Positions 63,366 through 64,000 of a stretch of 64,000 bases of DNA are shown here, one piece after another. The stretch's first letter is position 1. Each line of letters begins with the position of its first letter. A program made the position numbers and the translations under genes. The notes beneath the pieces are model-generated. The model had not been told where the DNA came from. It did not search any database and saw only the letters and a program-made list of their open reading frames with translations. The DNA is from Callorhinchus milii (Eukaryota): the NCBI RefSeq assembly GCF_018977255.1, contig NW_024704743.1, forward strand, positions 89,282,001 through 89,346,000, in the 5' to 3' direction.

Positions 63366-63960
63366 ACAACAACATGAACAACAAAATTACATTTGTATAG
63401 CGCCTTTCACGTCGGGAGGACGTCCCAAGGCGTTGGACAATCAGTGTTTGGGACCCAAGCTAGGGGTCGGGATCGGGGAGGGTGGAGGGCGGGGGGGAAG
63501 GAAGGTGACCAAAGGCACGGTCGAAGAGGAGGGTCTTGAGTCGGGTCTTGAAAGAGGCAAGGGAGGGGATGAGGTGGAGCGACTACAGAGGGATGGAGTT
63601 CCAGAGGGTGGGGGCAGAGTGGCAGAAGTAACATCCCCCGCCCGCTAAGGTGAGGTGGGGGATGTAAAGTAGGCCAGAGCCCTGAGCGGAGGTAGCAGGC
63701 AGGTTGGTAGGGGTTAGAAGGTCGCAGAGGTAGGGGTGAGCAAGACCATGGAGGACTTTAAAGGTAAGGACCAGGATCTTGAACTGTATGCTCTGTGTGA
63801 TGGGAAGCCAGTGGCCTCGGGTGATGATGGGGGTGATAAGGTTGCGGAGCCTGGTGTGTGAGAGGACACAGGCTGCAGAGTTCTGGAGATCTGCAGCTTA
63901 TGAAGGGAGGAGTTGGGGAGGCCGACAAGCAGGGAGTTTGTGTAGTCAAGCATGGATGTT
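63366..63960 (-). mobile_element. L2 3' fragment
   Basis: Minus strand gives LDYTNSLLVGLPNSSLHKLQ; carries the 3' stem-loop gcgcctttcacgtcgggaggacgtcccaaggcg and an (aac)n tail. Confidence 0.9.
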
Positions 63961-64000
63961 GTGAACGCGTTATTTAAGTGGTGAGGAAAGACAAATGCTC

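Noticed and set aside
1..64000. Assignment to MMP24, MMP14 or MMP15, or presence of a nested second protein-coding gene
   Set aside because: The catalytic-domain and hinge residues fit MMP16 best. No other ORF shows non-transposon protein features, although small exons of an antisense gene cannot be excluded by eye.

Overview
This is eukaryotic (vertebrate) genomic DNA, most likely from a cartilaginous fish; that assignment is inferred from the DeuSINE/L2/CR1 repeat landscape. The whole window lies inside one + strand gene, the membrane-type matrix metalloproteinase MMP16 (MT3-MMP). Six internal coding exons (equivalent to exons 3-8) can be read with GT-AG boundaries and consistent phases: 4855-4977, 7072-7376, 29003-29164, 29425-29642, 55573-55711 and 63116-63266 (1098 nt in total). 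They encode the cysteine switch, furin site, catalytic domain with MT-loop and zinc motif, hinge and first hemopexin repeats. The 5' and 3' exons lie outside the window. The introns are full of L2 and CR1 LINE fragments, two SINE families that share one L2-like 3' tail, small palindromic MITE-like elements and an unclassified 600-700 bp repeat. No prokaryotic system, CRISPR array or bona fide RNA gene is visible, and almost all other ORFs in the track are chance or transposon-derived. The best leads are inferences that need testing: inverted SINEs closely bracketing exons 5-6 (circRNA-like layout), a LINE-derived poly(A) signal in intron 7, a covarying SINE/LINE 3' stem-loop, intronic hairpins and the unclassified repeat. 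Repeat boundaries were read by eye and are approximate.
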